The notes: generated by a model not told the origin, from the letters alone. DNA of 64,000 nt from an uncultured Bacteroidia bacterium (GCA_964493765.1 CAZBPK010000146.1:200-64199), one strand, 5' to 3'. Counted from the first letter of the stretch, positions 7,618-17,806 are shown. A program made the numbers and translations.

Positions 7618-9090
7618 TTAAATTTTTTGTCTATGACCATCATACACTCTGAAACAATTTAAACTTTGAGAAAAAAATTCTGGTTTCATAATAGATTTAC
7701 CCAGAAACATTCTTGCACATTCTTGAATACCTTCGATAATGGAGGGATGGGGGTGTATAAGCTCTGCAATGGCTTCAATGCTTAAATTTTGGGCAATCAA
7801 TAAAGCAACTCCTTGAATGGCAGTACTTGCATGCTCACCGATTGCTCGCATTCCTAATATTTTACGATGTTCATCATCAGATACTAAAATTTTAAAAAAG
7901 CCTCTAGGACACTGCATACACAAAGCTCTGCCAATATAATCATAAGTATAAGTAGCAACTTGGTATGGAATGCCTTTTTTCTGAGCTTCTAATTCGTTCA
8001 TACCCACACCCGCAACCTCAGGGTGTAAAAACATAATAGTGGATATATTTTCGTAAATCAAAGGTTGGTCTTTGCCATAAATTTTTTCTATAACATGCCT
8101 ACCTTCTAATTCCCCTACATTCACTAAACAAATATCAGCGGTTGTATCACCTACAAAATAAATATTTGGAATTTCTGATTGTCCATCTTTTGTATCAATA
8201 TAGCCCTTAGAATTAAAAGTTAGACCAGCGTTTTGTAAACCAAGCCCTTCAAAATTAGGAACTCTACCTACGGAAATTAAAGCTTTTTCTGCATAAAATG
8301 TTTGAGTTTTACCGTCTTTAAAATCTAAAATATATTTAACTTTTTCGTCTTCAATTTCCATGGAAATTAAAGAAGCGTTTTTATGAATATGCACACCTAG
8401 ATGTTCTAAATTTTGTGCAACCATAGTAGCAATATCTTCATCTTCAAAGGGTAAAATTCTATCGGTTTTATCAATTAGATAAACTTTAGTTTTACCAAAA
8501 TTAGCGAAAATAGTAGCAAATTCACAACCAATTACACCAGCTCCAAGAATTACTAAACTTTCTGGATAATCTTTTAAATTGTGAATACCATCGGAAGTCA
8601 TAATAATTTTTTCATCAATAGGAATGGTGGGTAATTTTCTGGGTCTTGAACCCGTAGCAATGATTATATGGTCAGCCCAAACTAATTCATTTGAGCCATC
8701 AGAATAAGAAATTTCAATTTGATTTTTATTGAGCAATGAGCCAGAACCATGAGCAAATTGAAAAAATTTGGAATGTAAGGTTTGAATTTGATTCAATTGA
8801 AATTGAAGTTGTTGTGTACGAGTTTGAACTGCATGATTCATGAGTTCAGAAATTTTAGAATAAGGAGGCAATGGGTAATTTTCAGAGGCTAACTCTGAAT
8901 GTTTCATATTGTAAACATTCTTGGAAAGTTCCCAAAGGGTTTTAGAAGACAAAGCACCATTGTGTAACCCAGCACCCCCAATTTTATCCCTTTCAATAAG
9001 TATAACTTTTTTTCCAAGGTCTAAAGCTCTCATAGTAGCTGCATATCCCGAAGGACCTCCACCAATCACAGCAATGTCGTATTTTTCCAT
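7618..9090 (-). CDS. FAD/NAD(P)-dependent pyridine nucleotide-disulfide oxidoreductase family protein (Lpd/SthA-like) without the redox-active cysteine pair
   Basis: DIAVIGGGPSGYAAT FAD fold, a second GAGVIGCEFA dinucleotide fold, and the C-terminal HPHPSIIEG interface motif. The CxxxxC position reads GGAGLHNGALSSK. Confidence 0.75.
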   Translation of the reverse strand: MEKYDIAVIGGGPSGYAATMRALDLGKKVILIERDKIGGAGLHNGALSSKTLWELSKNVYNMKHSELASENYPLPPYSKISELMNHAVQTRTQQLQFQLNQIQTLHSKFFQFAHGSGSLLNKNQIEISYSDGSNELVWADHIIIATGSRPRKLPTIPIDEKIIMTSDGIHNLKDYPESLVILGAGVIGCEFATIFANFGKTKVYLIDKTDRILPFEDEDIATMVAQNLEHLGVHIHKNASLISMEIEDEKVKYILDFKDGKTQTFYAEKALISVGRVPNFEGLGLQNAGLTFNSKGYIDTKDGQSEIPNIYFVGDTTADICLVNVGELEGRHVIEKIYGKDQPLIYENISTIMFLHPEVAGVGMNELEAQKKGIPYQVATYTYDYIGRALCMQCPRGFFKILVSDDEHRKILGMRAIGEHASTAIQGVALLIAQNLSIEAIAELIHPHPSIIEGIQECARMFLGKSIMKPEFFSQSLNCFRVYDGHRQKI

Positions 9091-9269
9091 ACCTCTAAAT
9101 CAAATAACAAAATTAAATATTTTTTGAAATGGAAAAAAGATTTGCGAAAAATTAGTATCCGTTTCCCTTATAATTTGTTTTTTTGTTATAGAGATTAGTC
9201 TGTTGAATTGATAGCCAGAGGCAAACGAATTTTGTTCTTAATAAATTCTTTTTTTATAAATTAAATTTC

Positions 9270-9277
9270 TATATTTG
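9270..9277 (+). promoter_or_regulatory. Bacteroidota-type -7 box (TATATTTG)
   Basis: Matches TAnnTTTG and lies 23 nt upstream of the ATG at 9300. Confidence 0.5.
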
Positions 9278-9299
9278 AGTTACCAATATAAATCATTTT

Positions 9300-10043
9300 A
9301 TGCAAAAAGTTATTGAAAAAAATTGGAATGATTATCAAAAGAAAGGAGATAAACCTCTTGTGGTAGTTTTAACAGGCGCAGGGATTTCTCAAGAAAGTGG
9401 AATTAGTACATTTAGAGATGCGAATGGCTTATGGGAAAATCACAGAATTGAAGATGTTGCCAGCCCAGAAGGTTTTGCTAAAAATCCTGAATTAGTTTTG
9501 CATTTTTATAATTTAAGACGAGCTCAAGCACAAGAAGTTAAGCCCAATGATGCTCATTTTGCTTTAAAGGATTTAGAAAAAGATTTTGAAGTTGTAATTA
9601 TTACTCAAAATGTGGATAATCTACATGAAAGAGCTGGTTCAACCAATGTTTTACATTTACATGGTGAATTATCAAAAGTAAGAAGCACAGCTTATCCAGA
9701 ATTAATATATGAAATCGGCGGATTACCCATAAAATTAGGAGATTTGTGTGAAAAAGGCTCCCAATTAAGACCTCATATTGTTTGGTTTGGTGAAGGTGTA
9801 CCTAATATTTATCCTGCTGCTGAAATTACTAAACAAGCAGACTTTTTTATGATTATTGGTACATCTTTGGTTGTTTATCCTGCTGCAGGATTGATTGATG
9901 AAATTCCTTTTAATTCCCCTATATTTGTAATTGACCCTAATATCCCTATTCATTTTCATGATTTTAAAAATTTATATATTTTCCCTGAAAAAGCTACAAC
10001 CGGAGTAATCAAAGCTATTGAAAAATTGAAATCCATAATTTGA
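9300..10043 (+). CDS. cobB: Sir2-family NAD-dependent protein deacylase
   Basis: GAGISQESGISTFRD, QNVDNLHERAG, LHLHGEL and HIVWFGE motifs. Confidence 0.88.
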   Translation: MQKVIEKNWNDYQKKGDKPLVVVLTGAGISQESGISTFRDANGLWENHRIEDVASPEGFAKNPELVLHFYNLRRAQAQEVKPNDAHFALKDLEKDFEVVIITQNVDNLHERAGSTNVLHLHGELSKVRSTAYPELIYEIGGLPIKLGDLCEKGSQLRPHIVWFGEGVPNIYPAAEITKQADFFMIIGTSLVVYPAAGLIDEIPFNSPIFVIDPNIPIHFHDFKNLYIFPEKATTGVIKAIEKLKSII

Positions 10044-10111
10044 TTTTTAGAAATTGTTCACATTTTTTTGTAAATAATTGAAATAATTGTTCCATATATT
10101 CATAAAAAAAA

Positions 10112-10119
10112 TATTTTTG
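10112..10119 (+). promoter_or_regulatory. Bacteroidota-type -7 box (TATTTTTG)
   Basis: Matches TAnnTTTG and lies 18 nt upstream of the ATG at 10137. Confidence 0.5.
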
Positions 10120-10136
10120 CTACAAATTTACTTTAT

Positions 10137-13100
10137 ATGGATTTTTTCAAATATTTTGCGCTTTCATTGACAATCCTTGTTTTTTGGTTTAACTCATCTG
10201 TTCTTTCTCAACCCGATATAAGAAAGAAAGGTACTAAAGAAGAAAAAAAAAATAATACCAATAATGAACAACAGCCCATTAAAACCGATAAAGGTTTTTA
10301 TCAAATTTCTGGAAAAGTTGTAGATGAAAACAAAGAACCTATGTCTGGAGTTTATGTTTTAATTGAAGGTACTTTAAACGGAACTATAACAAACAATGAA
10401 GGCTTTTTTACCATAAATTTAACGGAAAATAAACCTATAAAAATACGATTATCATATATTGGTTATGCTACTCAGTTTGTAGAGGTGAATCCAGAAATCA
10501 ACAAAGAGATTTCTGTTAATATGAAAGAAGAATTTTTGCAAGCCAATGAAGTCGTAATTAGTGCTTCTAGAATCCAAGAAAGGATTATTGAATCACCGGT
10601 AAGTATAGAAAAAATGGATTTAGTTACCATCAAAGAATCTCCATCAATTAGTGTTTATGAAGGTATAACAATGTTAAAAGGGATAGATCAATTAGGAGGT
10701 TCAATGCTTTTTAAAACCATAAATACAAGAGGTTTTAACTCTGCTACTAATCCTAGATTTGTGCAGATGTTAGATGGAATGGATATGCAAGCACCAGGAT
10801 TAAACTTTGGTATAGGTGTTTTAAATGGTGCATCTGATTTAGATGTAGAAAGTGTTGAATTGATTCCTGGAGTTGCTTCGGCTTTATATGGACCGAATGC
10901 TTTCTCGGGTCTTATGAATGTAAGAACTAAGAATCCATGGCAATATCAAGGGGCATCAGCATCTTTAAAGTTGGGTGCTAATCATATTGATAAATATGAC
11001 CCTCAGACAAGCCCTTTTGTTGATTTTAATGCTCGTTATGCGAAAGCATATAATGAAAAATTTGCATTTAAGATAAATTTGGGCTATTTAAAAGCCAATG
11101 ATTGGCAAGCAACAGATTACAGAGACATTGCTAATTATGCAGGTACAATTAATAATACATTAAGCGATAAACCCGGCTTTGATGGTCTAAATATGTATGG
11201 TGATGAAGTTTCTGCCATTTTTGATGCCACATCATCAGGCGGGTTAGTTACACAGCCTATTCGTATTGCAAGAACAGGTTATAGAGAAGTTGATTTGGTG
11301 GATTACAATACTTATAACTTAAAAGCAGATGTAAGTTTACATTACAAAATTAAACCCAATTTGGAATTCATTGGAATGGGCAGATGGAATAACGGAACTA
11401 CCGCTTACCAAGCCGTAAATAAGATTTCTATTAATCAGTTTTTTTATCATCTATACAAATTAGAGCTTAAAGCAGATAATTTTTATGTTAGGGGTGTGGT
11501 ATCTATGGAAGATGCTAATAAAACTTATGATTCAAGATTTGCCGCAATCAATTTGAACAGAATGGCTAAGCCTGATGAACAATGGTTTACACAATACTTG
11601 TTAGCATACGGTAATAATAATTTTTTAATTAACGCAATAAGGGGTTTTGCGGGTTTAGATCCCATTCAAGCAGGAAGTGACGCAGCAGCTAGGGCTTTTG
11701 CTGATGGAGACAACACAAACGTAATTCGTATTTTGCAAGAAAATCAAGACCCGTTTTATTTGGCTAACAAGCCATTTGTTGATTATGTTTTTGGTGGAAG
11801 AGGAAGATTTCAACCCGGAACTCCTGAATTTCAAAATGCTTTTAAAAGTATAACCTCAAAACCCGGCTTTTTAGATGGTGGCGCTTTGTTTGTAGATAAA
11901 ACTGCTATGTATTCTACCGACGGTCAATATGATTTTAAAAATTTGATTTCTTTTTTGCATTTAACTGCTGGTGGCAATATTAGAATATTTGATTTGAACT
12001 CTCAAGGTACTTTATTTTCTGATACGGTAGGAAATCCAATAAGAGTGTGGGAAGTAGGGGCTTATTTTCAAGCTACAAAAAGTTTAGTAAATGATAGATT
12101 AAAAATTATTGCTTCTGCAAGAGCAGATAAATCCAAAAATTTCCAAGTGGTTTTTAGTCCTAGATTAGCTACGGTTTACTCATTTGGAGAAAATAAAAAT
12201 CATAATATTCGTGTAAGTGCTCAAACGGGCTTCAGAAACCCCACTTTGCAATCTCAGTACATTGATTTGAATTTAGGCTTTTCTAAATATATTGGTGGTG
12301 TAAAAGACGCTTTTAGTCCGTATGGTGTAGAAAATAATTATTCTCAAGAATCAGTGAATCAATTTTTAACAGAATATCAAAGGCTTTTATCGCAAGGTAT
12401 GGATACCACAAGTGCTATAAACCAAGCTACACCTCTACTCAAAAAATTAGAAATGAAGAATGTTAGACCAGAACTCATCAAAACTTTTGAGTTTGGTTAC
12501 AAAGGTTTAATTCAACAAAAACTTTATATTGACGCTTATGCATATTACAGTTTATATGATTATTTTGAAGGTGCTGTGAATATTGTTGCTCCTGCAAGAA
12601 AATGGAATGAACAAACTAAAAGTTGGGAATATTCAGAGCTAAATCCCCAAGTAATTGCTAATAATTCTGCACCAAAAGCATATTATAGAAGATATTATAA
12701 CGCCTCTGAACAAGTAAGTGCGTGGGGAGCTTCTATTGGAGCAAGTTACAACTTAAACAACAAATGGTCTTTTAATGGTTCTTATACATATACAGATGCA
12801 TTATTTGATGAAAATGATGATAATCAATTAATAGCAAAATTTAATACACCACCCCATAAAGTTACAGCAGGTGTTGCAGGAAGGAATTTATTCCAAAACT
12901 GGGGTTTTTCTATTCAATACCGTTGGCAAGATGCTTTTGAATTAGAAGAAAGCTATGCACAAGGAATCGTTCCTGCTTTTCATAATTTAGATGCTCAAGT
13001 TTCTTATAAAATACCCTCAATGAAAACCACTTTAAGAATCGGTGCTACCAATGCTCTCAATTTGAGACGTGTGGAAATGTTAGGTGGTGGAACGATTGGG

Positions 13101-13145
13101 GTTTTACCGTATTTTCAAATCACTTATGACGAATTATTTAGGTAA
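10137..13145 (+). CDS. TonB-dependent outer-membrane receptor with an N-terminal carboxypeptidase-regulatory-like domain
   Basis: 1002 aa with a signal peptide. GKVVDENKEPMSGVYVLIEGT...YIGY is CarbopepD_reg-like. The plug region contains VELIPGVASALYGPNAFSGLMNV. A long beta-barrel-like C-terminus follows. Confidence 0.85.
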   Translation: MDFFKYFALSLTILVFWFNSSVLSQPDIRKKGTKEEKKNNTNNEQQPIKTDKGFYQISGKVVDENKEPMSGVYVLIEGTLNGTITNNEGFFTINLTENKPIKIRLSYIGYATQFVEVNPEINKEISVNMKEEFLQANEVVISASRIQERIIESPVSIEKMDLVTIKESPSISVYEGITMLKGIDQLGGSMLFKTINTRGFNSATNPRFVQMLDGMDMQAPGLNFGIGVLNGASDLDVESVELIPGVASALYGPNAFSGLMNVRTKNPWQYQGASASLKLGANHIDKYDPQTSPFVDFNARYAKAYNEKFAFKINLGYLKANDWQATDYRDIANYAGTINNTLSDKPGFDGLNMYGDEVSAIFDATSSGGLVTQPIRIARTGYREVDLVDYNTYNLKADVSLHYKIKPNLEFIGMGRWNNGTTAYQAVNKISINQFFYHLYKLELKADNFYVRGVVSMEDANKTYDSRFAAINLNRMAKPDEQWFTQYLLAYGNNNFLINAIRGFAGLDPIQAGSDAAARAFADGDNTNVIRILQENQDPFYLANKPFVDYVFGGRGRFQPGTPEFQNAFKSITSKPGFLDGGALFVDKTAMYSTDGQYDFKNLISFLHLTAGGNIRIFDLNSQGTLFSDTVGNPIRVWEVGAYFQATKSLVNDRLKIIASARADKSKNFQVVFSPRLATVYSFGENKNHNIRVSAQTGFRNPTLQSQYIDLNLGFSKYIGGVKDAFSPYGVENNYSQESVNQFLTEYQRLLSQGMDTTSAINQATPLLKKLEMKNVRPELIKTFEFGYKGLIQQKLYIDAYAYYSLYDYFEGAVNIVAPARKWNEQTKSWEYSELNPQVIANNSAPKAYYRRYYNASEQVSAWGASIGASYNLNNKWSFNGSYTYTDALFDENDDNQLIAKFNTPPHKVTAGVAGRNLFQNWGFSIQYRWQDAFELEESYAQGIVPAFHNLDAQVSYKIPSMKTTLRIGATNALNLRRVEMLGGGTIGVLPYFQITYDELFR

Positions 13146-13168
13146 AATCATCATTTCAAGAAGGATAA

Positions 13169-13300
13169 GCGTGAGGGAAGCGTAGGGCACGAAGTGGCAC
13201 TGCCTTTTGATGCTGAGTTTACCGAAGCAGAAAAAGGATTGCCGAAGCGAACAGCGAAGCCCGAAGCAGCCCGACCCGAACGAAGTGAGGGGCACGCCCA
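13169..13300 (+). repeat. GC-rich dispersed repeat, full copy B
   Basis: Both GC-rich arms match copies A and E. The central segment is different but still self-complementary (CCTTTTGATGCT...AGCAGAAAAAGG). Confidence 0.9.
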
Positions 13301-13352
13301 AATATTAACAAACCTAAAATCGCTATTTTTTTATCAATCCAAAAAATCTTAG

Positions 13353-13360
13353 TAATTTTG
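13353..13360 (+). promoter_or_regulatory. Bacteroidota-type -7 box (TAATTTTG)
   Basis: Lies 15 nt upstream of the guaB ATG at 13375. Confidence 0.5.
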
Positions 13361-13374
13361 CAGAAAATATTTTT

Positions 13375-14844
13375 ATGCAAGATTTTAATGAAAATATACC
13401 ATTAGGTTTAACTTATGATGATGTATTATTAGTGCCAGCTTATTCAGAAGTTTTACCGAAAGATGTAGATTTAACTACTCATTTAACAAAAGAAATTCAA
13501 TTAAATGTTCCAATTGTGAGTGCCGCAATGGATACTGTTACAGAATATCAGTTAGCGATTGCGATTGCTCAAGAAGGAGGAATAGGTTTTTTGCATAAAA
13601 ATATGAGTATTCAAAACCAATGTGATCAAGTAAGAAAAGTAAAACGCTCTGAAAGCGGTTTAATTGTGGATCCTATCACATTAACTCCTGAGCATACAAT
13701 TGCCGATGCTTTTTATATGATGTCGGAACATAAAATTGGTGGAATTCCTGTAATTGATGAAAATGGTAAATTGGTAGGAATTATTACTAATCGTGATTTA
13801 CGTTTTTATGAACCCTCTGAAAGAAAAATTTATGAAGTGATGACCAAAGATCATTTAATCACTGTTCCAGAGGGTACAACTTTAGAGGAAGCGGAATGGT
13901 TATTAAAACAACATAAAATAGAGAAGTTGCCTGTAGTGGATAAAAATTATAAGTTAATTGGATTGATTACTTATAAGGATATTCTCAAGAAACAATATTT
14001 TCCAAAGGCTTGTAAGGACCATTTAGGAAGATTGAGGGTGGGAGCCGCTGTGGGAATTGCAAAAGATACAGAGGAACGGGTAGGCTCATTGTTAGAGGCT
14101 TCTGTAGATGTCATTACTTTAGATACTGCACATGCTCATACCAAAACGGTTATAGATTTAACACGATTATTGACTAAAAAATATAAAAATATACAGTTGG
14201 TTGTTGGAAATATTGCAACAGGTGCCGCAGCTGAAGCCTTGATTGAAGCTGGAGCATCTGCAGTGAAAGTAGGAATTGGTCCTGGAAGTATTTGTACTAC
14301 ACGTGTAATTGCTGGGGTAGGAGTTCCTCAACTTTCTGCAATTATGAATGCAGCAAAAGTTGCAAATCAAAAAGGAATTCCTTTGATTGCTGATGGTGGA
14401 ATTAAGTATTCTGGGGATATTGTGAAGGCATTAGCCGCAGGAGCAGATTGTATTATGGCGGGTAACCTTTTTGCAGGCACAGACGAAAGCCCTGGAGAAA
14501 CCATTATTTATGAAGGAAGAAAATTTAAAACTTATAGAGGAATGGGTTCTTTAGGAGCAATGAAAGAAGGTTCTAAAGATCGTTATTTCCAAGATATGGA
14601 AGACGATATTAAAAAATTAGTTCCAGAAGGTATTGAAGGAAGAGTTGCTTATAAAGGAAAGCTTTCTGAAGTAATTTATCAATTAGTAGGTGGTATTAGA
14701 GCGGGTATGGGTTATTGTGGTGCAAAAAATATGAATGAAATTAAAAAAGCTCAATTTGTGCAAATTACAAATGCTGGATTAAAAGAAAATCACCCACATA
14801 ATATTCAAATTACCAAAGAAGCACCTAACTATTTTAGGTCTTAA
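13375..14844 (+). CDS. guaB: IMP dehydrogenase
   Basis: 489 aa. [10 protein letters not shown], tandem CBS region, [11 protein letters not shown] catalytic Cys loop, and [17 protein letters not shown]. Confidence 0.95.
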   Translation: MQDFNENIPLGLTYDDVLLVPAYSEVLPKDVDLTTHLTKEIQLNVPIVSAAMDTVTEYQLAIAIAQEGGIGFLHKNMSIQNQCDQVRKVKRSESGLIVDPITLTPEHTIADAFYMMSEHKIGGIPVIDENGKLVGIITNRDLRFYEPSERKIYEVMTKDHLITVPEGTTLEEAEWLLKQHKIEKLPVVDKNYKLIGLITYKDILKKQYFPKACKDHLGRLRVGAAVGIAKDTEERVGSLLEASVDVITLDTAHAHTKTVIDLTRLLTKKYKNIQLVVGNIATGAAAEALIEAGASAVKVGIGPGSICTTRVIAGVGVPQLSAIMNAAKVANQKGIPLIADGGIKYSGDIVKALAAGADCIMAGNLFAGTDESPGETIIYEGRKFKTYRGMGSLGAMKEGSKDRYFQDMEDDIKKLVPEGIEGRVAYKGKLSEVIYQLVGGIRAGMGYCGAKNMNEIKKAQFVQITNAGLKENHPHNIQITKEAPNYFRS

Positions 14845-14858
14845 AACTGCCCTTTCGC

Positions 14859-16907
14859 TTGAGAAAATTCTTTAGAAAATATTTTTTTCAATTATTGCCC
14901 TCTTTTACAAGTTGGGTAATGATGTTTTCTATTCAGTTATTCCAAGCCATTTATGATTTGAACAAAGGAAAAATTTTATTCCCTATTCCTAACTATGTAT
15001 ATGATTTTTTCCATTTTTTATTTTTGGTTTTTATTTACCAAGCAGGAAAAACCATAGTAAAAAAAGAATCTAAACCCAAATCTTTAGAGGTTATTTGGTT
15101 AATTGTAGGTTTAGGCGGAACAGGTATTATAATTAATGCTTTAAGCAATTGGGTAAGCAATATTTACATGGCTAATTATTCGTCTATTTTTTGGTACAAT
15201 CTAGATAAACATATAGGAATTATTACAAATACTTACTTTTTTATAACACTGGTTTTTGTTTATAGGCAATTAATACTTTTCCGTTCTACAAAACCAAAAC
15301 AAAACGCTTGGTTTTTATTAGATATATCCATTTATAGTGGCTTTTTGCTCTTATTGGATAAGTATTTAAACATACCTCAATTGATTATTATTGCTTACTT
15401 TTTGGCAAGTATTGGGATTGTGTTATATCTATCAATTCATACAGAATGGGTGGCTTACTTAAACTTAAGAGAAAAATTTTTAGGCATATTTTTCATGTCT
15501 GTTATTTTGATGATTCAATTAAGCTATCTTTTTTTGGTAGATGTAAAATATGTTATGAATTATGACTTTAATTTTGCTGATAATTTACACTTGAACGTAA
15601 TCTACTTTTTTACTGTATTATATACATTTTTTTGTATTTTAGTTTTAGCCTTTAACCTACCCACTAGTTCATTATATGAATTAAGGCAATTAGAAAGAAA
15701 AGCAATCAGCGAAATCAATCAAGTTATCTTAAAATCTAAATTTGACCCTAACGAAGTATATAAAATATTGATTCATTACGGCATGCTTTGTGCTAAAGCA
15801 GATTTTGGTTGGATTCAAATTTTTCAAAATGGTGAGGTAAAATTAATTCAAATTAAAGGTTTCAATGAAAATTTAGCCTATGAAGTTCATCATATAATTA
15901 ACAAATATTGGACATATCAATTAGATAAAAAAAACTTCTTTATTGGTGATACTCAAAGACTTTCATTATTTAAAAGTAAATCTTTAGAAATGGAGTCTTT
16001 TTTTGCAACCAAAGTTTCTACACAAGACAAAGAATATGGGGAACTCCTCTTAGGTTGGAAACATAAAAATGCTTTTGAGTTAGAATTATATTCTTTTTTA
16101 TCTATAATTAGCGAACAAGCTGCTATTGCCATTGAAAATAAAGAATTATTTAAAAAATCTATTTCCTTAGAAAGATACCAAGAACAATTAAAAATTGCTA
16201 AGGATTTTCAAGAGAAAGTTTTACCTAAAATTAGTTCTATCGAAGGATTTGATATTCATGCTATCAACCAAGAAGCCGATGAAATTGGAGGTGATTATTT
16301 AGAGATTTATCAAGATGATGAATATATTAATATCATTATAGCAGATGTTGCTGGAAAAGGAACTACTGCTGCTTTTTATATGGCAGAACTCAAAGGTATG
16401 TTACAAATTCTTTTTCCTTTAAAATTAGAACCTTTAGACTTCATCAAAAAATTAAATTCAGCAGTTTCTCAATGCTTATCACCCAATTTATTTATTACGG
16501 TTAATTTTTTAAGAATACATAAATCTACTCTCCTTTGCCAATGGATTAGAGCAGGGCACACCCCTATATTACACTTCTCTTTTTTAAATAAAAAAATTTG
16601 GGAATATCAACCCAAAGGAATTGGTTTAGGAATATTAAGAAAGTCCATTTCTGAAAAAAATTTTGATATACATGAATTCCAATTACAAAAAAATGATGTA
16701 ATTTTATTATTTACAGATGGTATTGTGGAAGCAAGAAATGAAAACAATGAAGAATTAGGTACTTACATTTTAAAAGAATGGCTTGGTAGTTTTTTCTCTC
16801 TATCTTCTACAGAAATCAATTATTCTATTTTAGAGCAAATGATGGCTTTTACCAACGAAAATAAAATTGATGATGATTATACACTTTTAACATTGAAAGT
16901 TCAATAA
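14859..16907 (+). CDS. membrane-anchored GAF + SpoIIE/PP2C-type serine phosphatase (RsbU-like)
   Basis: The N-terminal ~270 aa are polytopic, followed by a GAF-like middle. The C-terminus has GGDYLEIY, DVAGKGTTAAFYMA, FTDGIVEA and DDDYTLL. The listed start is TTG, and the ATG at 14919 is an alternative. Confidence 0.8.
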   Translation: MRKFFRKYFFQLLPSFTSWVMMFSIQLFQAIYDLNKGKILFPIPNYVYDFFHFLFLVFIYQAGKTIVKKESKPKSLEVIWLIVGLGGTGIIINALSNWVSNIYMANYSSIFWYNLDKHIGIITNTYFFITLVFVYRQLILFRSTKPKQNAWFLLDISIYSGFLLLLDKYLNIPQLIIIAYFLASIGIVLYLSIHTEWVAYLNLREKFLGIFFMSVILMIQLSYLFLVDVKYVMNYDFNFADNLHLNVIYFFTVLYTFFCILVLAFNLPTSSLYELRQLERKAISEINQVILKSKFDPNEVYKILIHYGMLCAKADFGWIQIFQNGEVKLIQIKGFNENLAYEVHHIINKYWTYQLDKKNFFIGDTQRLSLFKSKSLEMESFFATKVSTQDKEYGELLLGWKHKNAFELELYSFLSIISEQAAIAIENKELFKKSISLERYQEQLKIAKDFQEKVLPKISSIEGFDIHAINQEADEIGGDYLEIYQDDEYINIIIADVAGKGTTAAFYMAELKGMLQILFPLKLEPLDFIKKLNSAVSQCLSPNLFITVNFLRIHKSTLLCQWIRAGHTPILHFSFLNKKIWEYQPKGIGLGILRKSISEKNFDIHEFQLQKNDVILLFTDGIVEARNENNEELGTYILKEWLGSFFSLSSTEINYSILEQMMAFTNENKIDDDYTLLTLKVQ

Positions 16908-16933
16908 TTTTTTTATATTTGCAAATTATTTTC

Positions 16934-17281
16934 ATGATTGCGATGAATGTTCAATTAAATGATTTTGAAAATTATACAACCGTTTATCTAATAGGAGAAA
17001 TTGATGCCTCAACTTCTATCAATATTCAAAATGCACTTCAAAATCTTTTAGATAATGGTCAAAAAAATATCCACATTAATTGTGAAAAACTTGAGTATAT
17101 TTCTAGCGCAGGGCTTGGAGCTCTTATGTCTTTTGTAGAAGAAATTGAAAATTCTAATGGTTTAATGGTTTTTTCAGATTTACAACCTAAAGTTTTTAAT
17201 GTTTTTCAACTTCTTGGTTTAGACCAAATCATGAAAATTGTGGACAATCATCAACAAGCTGTAACTTTTTTTCAGAATTAA
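16934..17281 (+). CDS. STAS-domain anti-sigma-factor antagonist (RsbV/SpoIIAA-like)
   Basis: LIGEIDASTS...LEYISSAGLGALMS carries the conserved phosphorylatable Ser context. A TATATTTG -7 box lies at 16914-16921. Confidence 0.8.
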   Translation: MIAMNVQLNDFENYTTVYLIGEIDASTSINIQNALQNLLDNGQKNIHINCEKLEYISSAGLGALMSFVEEIENSNGLMVFSDLQPKVFNVFQLLGLDQIMKIVDNHQQAVTFFQN

Positions 17282-17319
17282 CGTATCAATACAATATAAG
17301 ATTATTCTATTTTATTTTT

Positions 17320-17757
17320 ATGACAAATATGGCTAAACTCACTATAAATTGCGATTTAAAAAATCTAGAAATTATCAGAGATTTTATTCAAGAAAATTTG
17401 AATGATATCCCTTTAACTTGTGATATAACCTCCAACCAAATTGTTTTGGCAGTTGATGAAGCCTGCGCCAATTCTATTATTCATGGAAATCATTGCGACT
17501 CCAGAAAAGAACTCTCTGTTGAAATTTACAAAGATGATTTTAACGATTTACATATTAACCTTTACGATTCCGCTCCTCCTTTTGATATTACCAGTTTTAA
17601 AATGAAAAATATCAAAGAAAAAATCAAAAATGCGGAAAATGGTGGTATGGGAATTTGCTTAATTCAAAAAATTATGGATGAAATTGCTATTGAAAGATAT
17701 CCTGATTTTTGTGTCTATAAATTTGTTAAACACTTAAAAGACCCCGTTTCTAAATAA
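17320..17757 (+). CDS. anti-sigma regulatory factor / serine-protein kinase (RsbW/SpoIIAB-like, HATPase_c)
   Basis: DEACANSIIHG is an N-box-like motif and GGMGICLIQKIMDE is a G-box. At 145 aa it has the typical size and follows the STAS gene. Confidence 0.75.
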   Translation: MTNMAKLTINCDLKNLEIIRDFIQENLNDIPLTCDITSNQIVLAVDEACANSIIHGNHCDSRKELSVEIYKDDFNDLHINLYDSAPPFDITSFKMKNIKEKIKNAENGGMGICLIQKIMDEIAIERYPDFCVYKFVKHLKDPVSK

Positions 17758-17806
17758 TTTTTATGATAATCTTTACAAAACTTGCTTTATTGTTTAGTTT
17801 TGTATC

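Noticed and set aside
10044-10136. Possible riboswitch (for example cobalamin) in front of the TonB-dependent receptor
   Set aside because: The intergenic region is only 93 nt, AT-rich and without conserved riboswitch cores. A -7 promoter box sits 18 nt from the ATG, leaving no room for an aptamer.
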